Positions 1-10,231 of a stretch of DNA of 64,000 bases are shown one piece after another. This stretch comes from an uncultured Pelagibacteraceae bacterium (lineage in GTDB: Bacteria; Pseudomonadota; Alphaproteobacteria; Pelagibacterales; Pelagibacteraceae). Position 1 is the first letter of the stretch; each line of letters opens with the position of its first letter. The stretch covers positions 11,175 to 75,174 of the forward strand of contig CACGKR010000001.1 of the NCBI GenBank assembly GCA_902573705.1. The letters are read 5' to 3'. A model generated the notes under the pieces. That model ran no database searches and was not told where the DNA came from. It saw only the letters and a list, made by a program, of their open reading frames with translations. A program made the translations under genes and the position numbers.

Positions 1-24
1 TAAAAATGAAACTATACCAAAACC

Positions 25-129
25 TTAATTTACTGAATTTAACAATCTAAATAATGAAGCAAATATTCCGTATCCAGACAATTCAATTAATAAAACTGCG
101 ATAACTATTAATACTAATTTTTTATTCAT
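25..129 (-). CDS. Possible 34-aa single-TM small protein (MNKKLVLIVIAVLLIELSGYGIFASLFRLLNSVN)
   Basis: Hand-translated ATG(129)..TAA(25); basic N-terminus plus hydrophobic stretch; no clear RBS; below ORF-track cutoff. Confidence 0.25.
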   Translation of the reverse strand: MNKKLVLIVIAVLLIELSGYGIFASLFRLLNSVN

Positions 130-246
130 CTAGTAAATACAAATAACAATAAAAGGATCCAAAAAAAAGCATAATAAAAGTAAATATATTTTTTTGTAAA
201 ATTGTAAGTTATTGGATTATGAACTTGTTTATTTTTTTTCTTTTTT

Positions 247-771
247 TTAGTCATCTGCATGAACCTTTTCATTTTTTTCGTGTTTTTCTTGTGCAGCTAT
301 TGTATATTTTGCAACAGGTCTTGCCATTAGTCTTTTTAACCCAATTGGTTCAGCAGTATCTAAACAAAAACCATAGGTCTCATCTTTAAGTCTTAATAAA
401 GCTTTATCAATTTCAGAAATTAATTTGATTTGTCTATTGATTGCTTTCATTTCTACATTTTTGTCAGTATATGAACTTGCTTGGTCAACAATATCTGCGG
501 AAATACTATTATCATCCATGCTTCCGTTGTACAGAGCTTCATTATTTGCTTTAACTAATTCTTTTTTCCACTCTTGCAACTTCATTCTAAAAAAAACTTT
601 GTGTTTTTCACACATATATTTTTCAGTATCTTTAGGAATATAAGTCTTAGAAATTTTAATTGGGCCTTTTGCCACCTCTTTTGATTTAACAATAACTTTA
701 GGTTTAATTTTAGTTGAGGTCTTTTTTTTTGTTTTGGAGGCTTTGATTTTAGGTTTTGTTACTTTAGGCAT
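247..771 (-). CDS. dksA: RNA polymerase-binding transcription factor DksA (one-Cys, alphaproteobacterial type)
   Basis: Coiled-coil tip ADIVDQA; C-terminal YGFCLDTAEPIGLKRLMARPVAKYTIAAQEKHE. Confidence 0.92.
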   Translation of the reverse strand: MPKVTKPKIKASKTKKKTSTKIKPKVIVKSKEVAKGPIKISKTYIPKDTEKYMCEKHKVFFRMKLQEWKKELVKANNEALYNGSMDDNSISADIVDQASSYTDKNVEMKAINRQIKLISEIDKALLRLKDETYGFCLDTAEPIGLKRLMARPVAKYTIAAQEKHEKNEKVHADD

Positions 772-850
772 ATTACTAATTTAAATTCGGGCGAGTATAT
801 TCTGCAAATTAAGGGTGTCAAGCAAGCTTAATTATTGTAAATATTTAATT

Positions 851-2245
851 ATGAATGTTTTAAACAGAAATATTAATAATATATTTTTTATTTTTGTATT
901 ATCTCATTTGGTAATTTGGACTTTGGTACCATCTTTAACTAATAAAAATTTACCTTTAGACACTATAGAAGCTCTCGCATGGGGTAGTAATTTGGACTGG
1001 GGTTTCAGTAAACATCCACCAATGAGCGCCTTTTTATCTGAATTTTTTTTCATTTTGTTTGGAGCACAAGATTGGGCATATTATTTATTAAGTCAAATAT
1101 CAGTTTTAATTGCATTTTTTTTTGTATTTAAGTTTGCCAATGAAATTTTAGAAAATTTCAAGTTAAGTTTGATTTCTGTTTTATTATTAGAGTCTATTTT
1201 TTTTTATAATTTCACTACTCCAGAGTTTAATGTAAATGTTTGTCAGCTTCCTTTTTGGTCATCAGTCGTTTATTTTACTTGGAAAATATATGATGCAAAA
1301 GAAATAAAATTTGTTGATTGTCTTTTAGTTGGATTATTTGCTGCTTTTGGGTTTTTATCAAAATATTTATTTATTTATTTACTAGTTTCAATCGGTTTAT
1401 TATTTATCTATTTAATTTTTATTAAAAAAAATAAAAAATTTGACTTTAAATATTTGATAATACTAGAGGTATTTATCGTTTTGTTAATTCCACATATTCT
1501 TTGGCTTAACAAAAATGATTTTGTATCTATTTTTTATGGCCTTAAGAGAACTGGTTTAGACGAGTCAGAAATTATTGATCATTTATGGCATCCTGTTATT
1601 TTTATCCTTAAACAAATTGGAATATTGATTCCTTTTTTTTTACTTACATTTTCTTTATTAAAAAAAATTAAATTAAAAATTAAATTCAAAGATAAGAAGC
1701 TAGTTTTTTTATTTTTTATAAATCTTTTACCAATTATCTTAATTTTTATTACTTCAATTGTTACAGGATCAAAAATAAGAACAATGTGGATGACACCTTT
1801 TTATTTATTTTTTGGAGTATTATTTATTTATATTTTGAAATCACAAATAGATCTAAAAAAGATAAATTTATTTTTGTATGGATTTTTATTTTTATTTTTT
1901 TTATCACCTATCCTTTATTCATTTATTTCGATTAATAATGATAATAAAAGAACAGACTATTCTGGAAAAGAAATAGCAAATTTAGTTGAGAGAAGATGGA
2001 GTAAAAATTTTTCGAATGAAATCATGTATGTTATCGGTGATGAGTGGTATGGAGGAAATTTATCTTATCATATCAGTACAAGACCGAAATGGTTTAAAAG
2101 TCTAAAAAAAAATATAACTGATTTAAACCCTAATGGTGGTATTGTGTATACTGGAAATGCGGAAGTTCTAAAAGAAGTATGCCCAGGTGATTTTGGAAAA
2201 ATAAATAAACAGGGTTTTTGTATGATTGGATTAAATATAAAATGA
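851..2245 (+). CDS. Polytopic membrane glycosyltransferase, ArnT/PMT-like (GT-C)
   Basis: Many TM segments; DTIEALAWG and KHPP motifs, LSKY. ATG at 851 preferred over the track's GTG at 815. Confidence 0.8.
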   Translation: MNVLNRNINNIFFIFVLSHLVIWTLVPSLTNKNLPLDTIEALAWGSNLDWGFSKHPPMSAFLSEFFFILFGAQDWAYYLLSQISVLIAFFFVFKFANEILENFKLSLISVLLLESIFFYNFTTPEFNVNVCQLPFWSSVVYFTWKIYDAKEIKFVDCLLVGLFAAFGFLSKYLFIYLLVSIGLLFIYLIFIKKNKKFDFKYLIILEVFIVLLIPHILWLNKNDFVSIFYGLKRTGLDESEIIDHLWHPVIFILKQIGILIPFFLLTFSLLKKIKLKIKFKDKKLVFLFFINLLPIILIFITSIVTGSKIRTMWMTPFYLFFGVLFIYILKSQIDLKKINLFLYGFLFLFFLSPILYSFISINNDNKRTDYSGKEIANLVERRWSKNFSNEIMYVIGDEWYGGNLSYHISTRPKWFKSLKKNITDLNPNGGIVYTGNAEVLKEVCPGDFGKINKQGFCMIGLNIK

Positions 2246-3111
2246 AAATAAAGATTTTAATTCCTGTTTATAATGACTGGCAATCTGTTTTTAAACTTAT
2301 AGAAAATATCAACCGTTTATCGATCGATCAAAAATTTGAAATTTCCATAATTATTATTAATGATGCATCTAATCATGATCGAGTAGAAGAAAATATAAAT
2401 TTTAATAATATAAAATCTATTAAGATTGTTAATATGAGAATAAATCAAGGTCATTCAAGATGTATTGCTACTGGACTAAGATATATTTTTGAAAAAGAAG
2501 ATTTTGATTATGTTATTCCTATGGATGGAGATGGAGAAGATAGGCCTGAAGAAATATCAGATTTTTTAATAAAAATTCAAGACTCAGAAAAAAAACCGAT
2601 TGTTGGTGAAAGAATAAAAAGATCAGAAAATTTATTATTTAAAATTTGTTATCAAATACATAAATTAATAACTTTAACCTTTACTGGAAAATCTATAAAA
2701 TTCGGAAATTTTTCTTGTTTACCAAAAATTACTGTAGAAAAAATGATTAATGAAAAAGCAACATGGAATAGTTTCTCAGGCTCATTGAGCAAAGTTGAAA
2801 TAGATCTATTAAAAATACCATCTATCAGGGGATATAGATATTTTGAGCCTTCTAAAATGAGTTTTTATAACCTCTTAAAACATTCTCTTTCTATAATCAG
2901 TGTTTTTAGAAAAGCATTTTTAATACGTTCTGCTGTTTTTATTATTTTATATATTTTATTTATTAAAGACAATGCATCTATAATCACATCGTTACCTTTA
3001 ATATTTCTCTTCATAGCAGTTTATTCTATTTCAAATTTAGCATTAAGAGAAAATATGAATGAATACAAAAATTCGTTAAATCAAATAGACAATGTGGAGA
3101 TTTACAAGTGA
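2242..3111 (+). CDS. Glycosyltransferase family 2 (polyprenol-phosphate glycosyltransferase-like)
   Basis: LIPVYND, INDAS, NQGH, MDGDGEDRPE, C-terminal TMs; ATGA overlap with the upstream stop. Confidence 0.85.
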   Translation: MKIKILIPVYNDWQSVFKLIENINRLSIDQKFEISIIIINDASNHDRVEENINFNNIKSIKIVNMRINQGHSRCIATGLRYIFEKEDFDYVIPMDGDGEDRPEEISDFLIKIQDSEKKPIVGERIKRSENLLFKICYQIHKLITLTFTGKSIKFGNFSCLPKITVEKMINEKATWNSFSGSLSKVEIDLLKIPSIRGYRYFEPSKMSFYNLLKHSLSIISVFRKAFLIRSAVFIILYILFIKDNASIITSLPLIFLFIAVYSISNLALRENMNEYKNSLNQIDNVEIYK

Positions 3112-5795
3112 AAAAAAGAGATCTTTATTATGATAGAATTCCAACAAAACTTTTGAGGGAGAATGTTAGATATCTTGGTAATATTCTTGGAAAAGTTATT
3201 AAAGAACAAGAGGGAGAAAATTTATTCAAATTAATTGAAAAAATAAGAAAACTTTCTAAAGCAAATAGTGCAAATTTTAAAAAAAATCACTCATACAAAA
3301 ATATAATTAAAACTATTAAAGGTTTAAACGCTAAAAATACTCTGAAAGTGACTAGAGCATTTAGTCATTTTATGAATTTAATGAATTTAGCTGAATTCAT
3401 TGATGCTTCGAGAAGTTTGAATGAATATGAAAATAGTAAAAAAAAAATTGATAATTCAAATATATTTATTGAAGAAATTTTTGAGGGTCTTTTTAAAGAT
3501 AAAAAAATTTCTGACAATAAAATCTATAACCTTACAAAAAATTTAAATATTGGAATTGTTTTAACAGCTCATCCAACTGAGGTAAAAAGAAGAACCCTAA
3601 TCCAAAAATATCATACAATAATTGAAATATTAGAACAAAGGGATTTATTAATGGATCGCCCATCAAAATTGAAAATACTTGATAAAAAACTTTATGATGA
3701 ATTAACTATAATTTGGAATACAGACGATCTTAAAAGATTCAAACCTTCTCCATTTGATGAAGCTAGATGGGGCCTTGCGGTAATAGAAGATAGTTTGTGG
3801 GACACAATACCGAAAGTTTACCGAAGATTAAATTCAATATTTGTAAAGAACATGAAAAAAGGTTTACCTAAAAATTTTAATCCTATTGAATTTGGTTCTT
3901 GGATGGGTGGTGATAGAGACGGCAATCCAAATGTTACAGCTAATGTTACTAGGAATGTAATTCTATTGTCAAGATGGGAAGCAGCAAAGTTATATGAAAA
4001 ATCATTAACTAAAATTATTAGATCTTATTCCATGAAGAAATGTTCAAATAAAATATCTCGTAAAGTTGGAAAATCTTTTGAACCATATCGGGTTTTTTTA
4101 AGGCCATTAAGAGATAAAATGAGAATTACCCACAGAAGTATAGAGCAACATTTAGTAAACAAAAAACCATTAGATCAAAAAAAATTGTTAAAGGAGAGAG
4201 AGGAAATTTTAAAACCCTTAAGAGTTGTAAGGGAGTCTTTAGAACAGAACAATAATGAGAATATTGCAAGTGGTGAACTTTTAGATTTAATGAGAAGAGC
4301 TAAATGTTTTGGGATAAATTTAGCGAGATTAGATATACGTCAAGAGTCTGCAAGACACAGTCAATTAATTTCAGAATTTGTTAAAAAGAAATATAAAAAA
4401 GATTATTTAAAATTAGATGAAAAACAAAAAATTTCACTTTTTAAGAAGTTAATATTAAACAAAAGAAAATTTATTCAAAATTCTGCAATTAAAAATAGAG
4501 AAAACAAAGAAGTTTGGTCAACTTTTAAAACTCTTTCATATGAACCGCCAGAATGTTTAGGTGCATACGTAATTTCAATGACGACTTCTGCATCTGATAT
4601 TTTAGCTGTAAATTTTTTACAAAAAGAAGCAAAAATAAAGGATAAATTAAGAGTTGTTCCACTTTTTGAAACTTTAGAGGACTTAATAAATGCTAAATCT
4701 ATAATGGAAACTTTATTTTCTCAAAAATGGTACAGGAATCTTATTAAAAATAAACAAGAAGTAATGATAGGTTATTCAGACTCTAGTAAAGATGCTGGAA
4801 AGCTATGTGCTAGTTGGCATCAATATAAAGCACAAGAGGAAATAACAAAATTAGCGAAAAAATATAATATTCAAGTCATTTTCTTTCATGGCAGAGGTGG
4901 ATCAGCAGGTAGAGGTGGAGGACCAATTCAAGCAACCTTGAGATCACAACCACCACAATCTGTTAATGGAAAAATAAGAATTACAGATCAAGGTGAAGTA
5001 ATACAACAAAAATATGGTTACGAACCTTTAGCAAAATATAATTTGTGCAGTTACATCGGAGCTGTGACTGAGGCTACTTTAAATCCACCCCCAATACCCA
5101 AAAAAAATTGGAGATCTTTAATTGAAAAAATGTCTGAAATATCAAAAAATTCATATAGAAAAAACATTAACCAGAGCTCAGAATTTATTAAATATTTTAA
5201 AACTGTTACTCCTCATGTTGCTTTAGGAAAATTATCTATTGGTTCTAGACCATCGAAGAGAAAAAATGTTGATAATATAAAAAGTTTGAGAGCCATACCT
5301 TGGGTTTTTGCATGGACTCAAATTAGGTTGATGTTACCAGCTTGGCTAGGAAGTGCCGAAGCTTTGAAATATTCTTATATAAAAAAATTTAGAAAAACTC
5401 TTTTTGATATGGAAAAAAATTGGCCATTTTTTAATGCCATGTTGGATATGCTTGATATGGTAATCTCTAAAGCCGACCCTGATATATCAAAAATTTATGA
5501 AGAGTTTCTTGCAGATAGAAAACTTCAAAAAGTTGGAAAAAATTTAAGATTTCAATTCGATGTTATTAAAAAATTAAACACGAAAATCACACCTAAAGAA
5601 ATAATTGCTTCTAGAAAACAATTTAGAACATCTATAATAGTTAGAAATATTTATTCTGAGGTTTTGAATATAATTCAACCAATAGTCATTAATAAAATTA
5701 AGAATAATAAGAATAATAAAAATAAAGATCACTTGAATGATGCTTTATTAACTTCTATAGCAGGAATTTCTGCTGCAATGAAAAATACAGGTTAA
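3108..5795 (+). CDS. ppc: Phosphoenolpyruvate carboxylase
   Basis: VLTAHPTE, WMGGDRDGNP, GYSDSSKDAG, FHGRGGSAGRGG, LRAIPWVFAWTQ, C-terminal MKNTG. Confidence 0.98.
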   Translation: MKKRDLYYDRIPTKLLRENVRYLGNILGKVIKEQEGENLFKLIEKIRKLSKANSANFKKNHSYKNIIKTIKGLNAKNTLKVTRAFSHFMNLMNLAEFIDASRSLNEYENSKKKIDNSNIFIEEIFEGLFKDKKISDNKIYNLTKNLNIGIVLTAHPTEVKRRTLIQKYHTIIEILEQRDLLMDRPSKLKILDKKLYDELTIIWNTDDLKRFKPSPFDEARWGLAVIEDSLWDTIPKVYRRLNSIFVKNMKKGLPKNFNPIEFGSWMGGDRDGNPNVTANVTRNVILLSRWEAAKLYEKSLTKIIRSYSMKKCSNKISRKVGKSFEPYRVFLRPLRDKMRITHRSIEQHLVNKKPLDQKKLLKEREEILKPLRVVRESLEQNNNENIASGELLDLMRRAKCFGINLARLDIRQESARHSQLISEFVKKKYKKDYLKLDEKQKISLFKKLILNKRKFIQNSAIKNRENKEVWSTFKTLSYEPPECLGAYVISMTTSASDILAVNFLQKEAKIKDKLRVVPLFETLEDLINAKSIMETLFSQKWYRNLIKNKQEVMIGYSDSSKDAGKLCASWHQYKAQEEITKLAKKYNIQVIFFHGRGGSAGRGGGPIQATLRSQPPQSVNGKIRITDQGEVIQQKYGYEPLAKYNLCSYIGAVTEATLNPPPIPKKNWRSLIEKMSEISKNSYRKNINQSSEFIKYFKTVTPHVALGKLSIGSRPSKRKNVDNIKSLRAIPWVFAWTQIRLMLPAWLGSAEALKYSYIKKFRKTLFDMEKNWPFFNAMLDMLDMVISKADPDISKIYEEFLADRKLQKVGKNLRFQFDVIKKLNTKITPKEIIASRKQFRTSIIVRNIYSEVLNIIQPIVINKIKNNKNNKNKDHLNDALLTSIAGISAAMKNTG

Positions 5796-5857
5796 TTAAT
5801 AATTTTAGCTCTTTTACAATATTAACAAAAATGATAAATATACTTATAAATAAAGTG

Positions 5858-5910
5858 TGGTTGTGCTCACTTGTAAATAAAGGGACAACAATAACAAAAG
5901 AGCATAACTA
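5858..5910 (+). promoter_or_regulatory. Candidate 5'-leader hairpin covering the RBS region
   Basis: TGGTTGTGCTC (5858-5868) pairs with GAGCATAACTA (5900-5910), 11 bp with two G-U pairs, ending 1 nt before the ATG. Confidence 0.35.
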
Positions 5911-7194
5911 ATGAAAAAAATATTAATAATCATTACTTTAAGCTTATTAACTTCAAGCAATGCATTTGCTGAGAGATTAAATTGGTTTTTTAGTAAGTGG
6001 CTTTCTGAAAACGGACATCATCAATATTTAAATGAGCAAGGATCTCACAATCTAAATATCAAAATAAAAAATAAAGCATTATCAGCTACTAATATTGCCT
6101 ATCATTCAAACCCAAACAGAGATACGCTGATTTATTATTTATGGAAATATTCATATAGAGATAGAAGTCAACATTTAAAAGAGTTTAAACCGACAAATAG
6201 TTCCTACGATTTTAAATTTAATTTAATTGAAGATAAATTTGTAAAAAAGCAAATGAAAACCAAAGGTATCCTTAGTTATTTATATTATCAAGATGGTGAA
6301 GTATTAATTGATGAACTTTCTCCTAAAGAGAGACTAGGAGAGTTTTTGAATAATGAAACAAAATTTTATTCAATGTCAATGGGTAAGTCAGTAACTTCTT
6401 ATTTAGTAGGTCACGCAATATGTGAGGGTTATATTGATGGAGTTGATGCTAGAGTAAATGACTGGCCTATAATAAAAGATTCTCTTTATCATGATCAAAA
6501 ATTGATTAATTTTTTAAATATGAATACTGGTGATCAAAAATATATCGATGAATTTGAAGATGGTACTAGTAAATTAGGTGCATATGAAGATAGAGATATT
6601 GCAACAACCATGCGCTCTTACTTTAACAACGAAAATACAAAAAAATCTAAGGAAAGATACAATTACAATGGATTTGTCACTCAGTTAATTTTAAACTATA
6701 TGAAATTTAAAATTGGTGAAGATTATGACAAATTTTATAGCAAAGTTTTCAACGATAAAATAAAGATCAAAAATAGCATTCGTTATGGCTACACTAGTTT
6801 AAATGAAAATTGGGGAAATGGACATCCTAACATAATGGCAACGAGATTTGACTATCTTAGAATTGCAAAAGCTATAATGGATGATTATCAGAATGATACT
6901 TGTGTTGGAAAATATTTAAAAGAAATTTACGAAAGAAGAATACCAAAAGGAAGCAAAGAAAAAGAAGAGCCTTTATTTAATCGAACAAAATCATATGGGG
7001 GTCAATTTCATATGGATTTCCCAGGATTAAAAGACAAAATTATATTTGGCATGGGTGGCTATGGTGGGAATATGATTTTAATTGATGTAGAAAATTCAAG
7101 AATACTGGTTGTTAATTCACTCCATTATAATAATAAACAATATAAATATAATCACAAAAAACTACTATTAGATCCATTTAAAAATGGTAAATAA
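5911..7194 (+). CDS. Secreted serine hydrolase, beta-lactamase/penicillin-binding-protein-like family
   Basis: Signal peptide MKKILII...NAFA; SxxK (SMGK), YxN (YNYNG), GMGGYGG. Confidence 0.8.
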   Translation: MKKILIIITLSLLTSSNAFAERLNWFFSKWLSENGHHQYLNEQGSHNLNIKIKNKALSATNIAYHSNPNRDTLIYYLWKYSYRDRSQHLKEFKPTNSSYDFKFNLIEDKFVKKQMKTKGILSYLYYQDGEVLIDELSPKERLGEFLNNETKFYSMSMGKSVTSYLVGHAICEGYIDGVDARVNDWPIIKDSLYHDQKLINFLNMNTGDQKYIDEFEDGTSKLGAYEDRDIATTMRSYFNNENTKKSKERYNYNGFVTQLILNYMKFKIGEDYDKFYSKVFNDKIKIKNSIRYGYTSLNENWGNGHPNIMATRFDYLRIAKAIMDDYQNDTCVGKYLKEIYERRIPKGSKEKEEPLFNRTKSYGGQFHMDFPGLKDKIIFGMGGYGGNMILIDVENSRILVVNSLHYNNKQYKYNHKKLLLDPFKNGK

Positions 7195-7201
7195 ATAACA
7201 A

Positions 7202-8038
7202 ATGAAGAAAATTTTTTATTTAATCTTAACATTTTTTTTATTTTCCACAGCAGTATTTTCAGACAATCATAAAACGAATTTTAAAGATATTAAAGGTTAT
7301 AAGAAACAATTTCTTTCGATGTCTGAAAAAAAAGTAAATAGAATAAAAGAAGTAAAAGCTTCAGATGGTTTTCCTGTTTATGAAGGAAAAACAAGTATTC
7401 AAGTTACTGTAAATCGAGAGGATGCAGGTTGTGGAAAAGGTAAAGCACAAACAACACAAATTCAATGTGATGGTAAAGGTAATAGAAGTAGGCAAGAGAT
7501 CCACCTTGGCAATATCAGATTAAAAAACAAAGAACATATTTTTGAGTATGCGGTGTACTTTGATGAAAGTTATGAACCTTTAGAGAAAGGTGCTGTAGTT
7601 ATCATTGGTCAAATGCATACTGATAATTTAGCGAAGGGATGTCATAGTTGTTGCCACTTCTGGGCTCAAGATTTTAAATATAAAGGTGAACATTATTACA
7701 GTTGGGCGAGTAAGGCAGCTTACTCATCAGAGCCTGTTATAATTGGAAAAATTGAAGACTTAAAAGGGAAGTGGACTCATTTAAAATTTCATGTTCTTTG
7801 GAAGCTTGATGAAACTGGAAGATTTAAGATTTATAGAAATAATGAAGTTATAGCTGATCTTAAAAATATAAAAACTTTAGCTGACACTTGCACAGGTGGT
7901 TATATGAAATTTGGAATTTATAGACACCGTACTATTGGTTATTGGAATTCTGATTGGGAAAGCTTACAAGATCAAAGAGTTTATTTAGATAGCATCGTAT
8001 TTAGAAAACCAAAAAAAGACGAAAAATTCAAAAAATGA
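7202..8038 (+). CDS. Secreted polysaccharide-lyase-like protein (heparin lyase I / beta-jelly-roll type)
   Basis: Signal peptide; RQEI, IIGQMH and YMKFGIYR motifs typical of jelly-roll lyases. Confidence 0.65.
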   Translation: MKKIFYLILTFFLFSTAVFSDNHKTNFKDIKGYKKQFLSMSEKKVNRIKEVKASDGFPVYEGKTSIQVTVNREDAGCGKGKAQTTQIQCDGKGNRSRQEIHLGNIRLKNKEHIFEYAVYFDESYEPLEKGAVVIIGQMHTDNLAKGCHSCCHFWAQDFKYKGEHYYSWASKAAYSSEPVIIGKIEDLKGKWTHLKFHVLWKLDETGRFKIYRNNEVIADLKNIKTLADTCTGGYMKFGIYRHRTIGYWNSDWESLQDQRVYLDSIVFRKPKKDEKFKK

Positions 8039-8051
8039 AAAATACTAGTTA

Positions 8052-8936
8052 ATGAAAAAAATTATTTCAATTTTCGTCTTTAGTTTATTATGGAGTAATT
8101 TAAGTCTTGCCGGTGTTGAAGAAGTTTTAAAAGAAATAAAAAAAAATAAAGATATTGCTCAAGGATTTAATAAAGTAATAGATAGAGGAGAAGATAATAA
8201 AACTAATAACTGGAGAGTTACAAATAAAAAAATTTTAACTTCAGATAAAAATCTTAGAAAACATGTAATTAAAATAGTAAATAGATCTGAAAATTATCCA
8301 GTTAGATTTGGTAAACAGTCTTTAAGATTTGAAGTAAGAAATGGAGATGGATGGGGTTGGGACTCTAGGAATAACAGAGAAAGAGTAGAGTTACTAATAT
8401 GCTGCGTTAATAAGAAAACAACGTGGTCAGCTTGGTCACTTTTTTTACCAGATGATTATAAGATAATTTTTCCAGCCAAAACTATGTTAGCACAATTTCA
8501 TAATGATGGTGACTTACCACCTGCTTTTGCTTTTGAAAATCAATCTCATCGTAGTGCAAAAGAGGGCGGAGGATATTGGATTGAAATAGATGAATATGTT
8601 GGTGGAAACAATGTCCCAATAAAATTGCTAGATAAAACGGAAATGAATGGAAAATGGAATGATATTTTAGTTAATGTCAAATGGACCCACAAAGATGATG
8701 GTTTTTTTAAAATTTGGATTAATGGAAAATTAAAATATCATTGGAAAGGAATTACGCAATCAAAGGGAGAACGAACAGAGTTTCACGTTGGTGTATATAG
8801 ATCATTTATTCACCGAACACCTGAGCCAGATCCAACCCAAGTTGCTTATTATGATGAAATAAGATTTGCAAAGTCGTGCAAAAAACTCAAACTCCAAGAT
8901 TTAGGCTATTCTTGTGAAGATATTGAAAATCAATAA
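8052..8936 (+). CDS. Secreted polysaccharide-lyase-like protein (heparin lyase I / beta-jelly-roll type)
   Basis: Signal peptide; SLRFEVR, RERVEL, LAQFH, GFFKIWING, FHVGVYR, YYDEIR. Confidence 0.7.
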   Translation: MKKIISIFVFSLLWSNLSLAGVEEVLKEIKKNKDIAQGFNKVIDRGEDNKTNNWRVTNKKILTSDKNLRKHVIKIVNRSENYPVRFGKQSLRFEVRNGDGWGWDSRNNRERVELLICCVNKKTTWSAWSLFLPDDYKIIFPAKTMLAQFHNDGDLPPAFAFENQSHRSAKEGGGYWIEIDEYVGGNNVPIKLLDKTEMNGKWNDILVNVKWTHKDDGFFKIWINGKLKYHWKGITQSKGERTEFHVGVYRSFIHRTPEPDPTQVAYYDEIRFAKSCKKLKLQDLGYSCEDIENQ

Positions 8937-8950
8937 TATTATATTTTAAA

Positions 8951-10231
8951 TTATACAGCTCTTATAGTTGGTAGACAGTAAAAATCAGCTGTATCTATTT
9001 TAGAAGAATATTGTCTTCGCATATTCCATTTTTTATGAACTCCAGCGCTAGCAAGGCTCAAAGTAGATCTTCCGTATCTATAATTAGTGTTATCAATTGA
9101 TTGCATTAAACTTTTTATTTTTTCATCTTTCTCCGATGAAAATAAATTTTTTCTTCCATCATCGTTACGTAATCCTGTAAGCATGACACCTGCTTTTTGA
9201 TAACGATATCCATTTTTGAAGATACTTTCTAAAATTGAAATTGCAGTTTTAACTGTTTCGATACTGTTGTTTGTTGCAATAGGAAAATCAATTGTCTTTG
9301 CATTTGAATAATAACCATAATCTCTTTGAAAAGGACTAGTTCTAACAAATACCGTAATTGCTTTTGCAACTAAAGACTCTGATCTAATTTTTTCAGATGC
9401 ATTTAAACAATAGTTTGCGACTGCTTCTTTTAATTCGTTAAATTTTTCAATTCTTTTTCCAAATGATCTTGAAACAACACAACTCTTTCTTTTAGTTTGA
9501 GTAGTTTCTAAATTGATACAAGGAATTCCCCTGAGTTCCATTGCAGTTCTAGAACTTAAAACATTAGAACATTTTTTGATCCAATTATTAGATTTATTTT
9601 TAAGTTGTTTTGCATTGTAAATCCCATTTTTTTGATAGAACTTTGTAAGCTGTCTACCAACACCCCATACATCATTAATTTCAACTTTTTCTAAAATTGG
9701 ATCTAAGTTTTCAAGACCAATTAAACTAGTAACACCTGATTGTTTTTTCTTTGCAATATGATTTGCAACTTTACTTAAAGTTTTAGTTTTAGCGATACCA
9801 ATGCTAGTTGGAATTCCGGTCCACTGTAAAACTGTTTCTCTAATTTCTCTACCCACTTTTTCAACTTCAGAGTCTGGAAAATTAGATAAATCTATAAATG
9901 CTTCATCAATTGAATACACTTCTATTGCTTCATTAAATCTTTTAAGTGTTCTCATTACTCTTCTAGATAGATCTCCGTATAAAGAATAATTTGATGAAAA
10001 AACTTCAACTTTATTTTTAACAATAATATCTTTTGCCTTAAAATAAGGTTCTCCCATTTTAATTCCTAAAGCTTTTGCTTCATTAGACCTTGAGATAATA
10101 CAACCATCATTATTAGATAAAACTACAACAGGTTTTTTTCTTATCCTTGGATTGAATAATCTTTCACAAGAAACATAGAAAGAATTACAATCAACTAGAG
10201 CTAATTTTCTAGTACGTTGAATGGATAACAT
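8951..10231 (-). CDS. umuC: Y-family DNA polymerase V catalytic subunit UmuC
   Basis: LVDCNSFYVSCER, VLSNNDGC, YSIDEAF, SRSFG, C-terminal KWNMRRQYSS. Confidence 0.95.
   Translation of the reverse strand: MLSIQRTRKLALVDCNSFYVSCERLFNPRIRKKPVVVLSNNDGCIISRSNEAKALGIKMGEPYFKAKDIIVKNKVEVFSSNYSLYGDLSRRVMRTLKRFNEAIEVYSIDEAFIDLSNFPDSEVEKVGREIRETVLQWTGIPTSIGIAKTKTLSKVANHIAKKKQSGVTSLIGLENLDPILEKVEINDVWGVGRQLTKFYQKNGIYNAKQLKNKSNNWIKKCSNVLSSRTAMELRGIPCINLETTQTKRKSCVVSRSFGKRIEKFNELKEAVANYCLNASEKIRSESLVAKAITVFVRTSPFQRDYGYYSNAKTIDFPIATNNSIETVKTAISILESIFKNGYRYQKAGVMLTGLRNDDGRKNLFSSEKDEKIKSLMQSIDNTNYRYGRSTLSLASAGVHKKWNMRRQYSSKIDTADFYCLPTIRAV

Noticed and set aside
225-248. T-rich run downstream of dksA as a terminator
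   Set aside because: It reads as poly-A on the dksA strand and has no GC stem
425-643. Short ORF-track entries antisense to or nested in real genes (also 9801, 11838, 12478, 13336, 14008, 18132, 19616, 24605, 28592, 29107, 31512, 31737, 34074, 34415, 38437, 38971, 41365, 45478, 50215, 51422, 52109, 52409, 54537, 56699)
   Set aside because: Shadow ORFs overlapping well-supported genes, with no motifs or RBS
7636-7662. GCHSCCHFW in the first lyase-like protein as a heme c binding site
   Set aside because: Spacing is CxxCCH, not canonical CxxCH; disulfides in a secreted beta-protein are more likely
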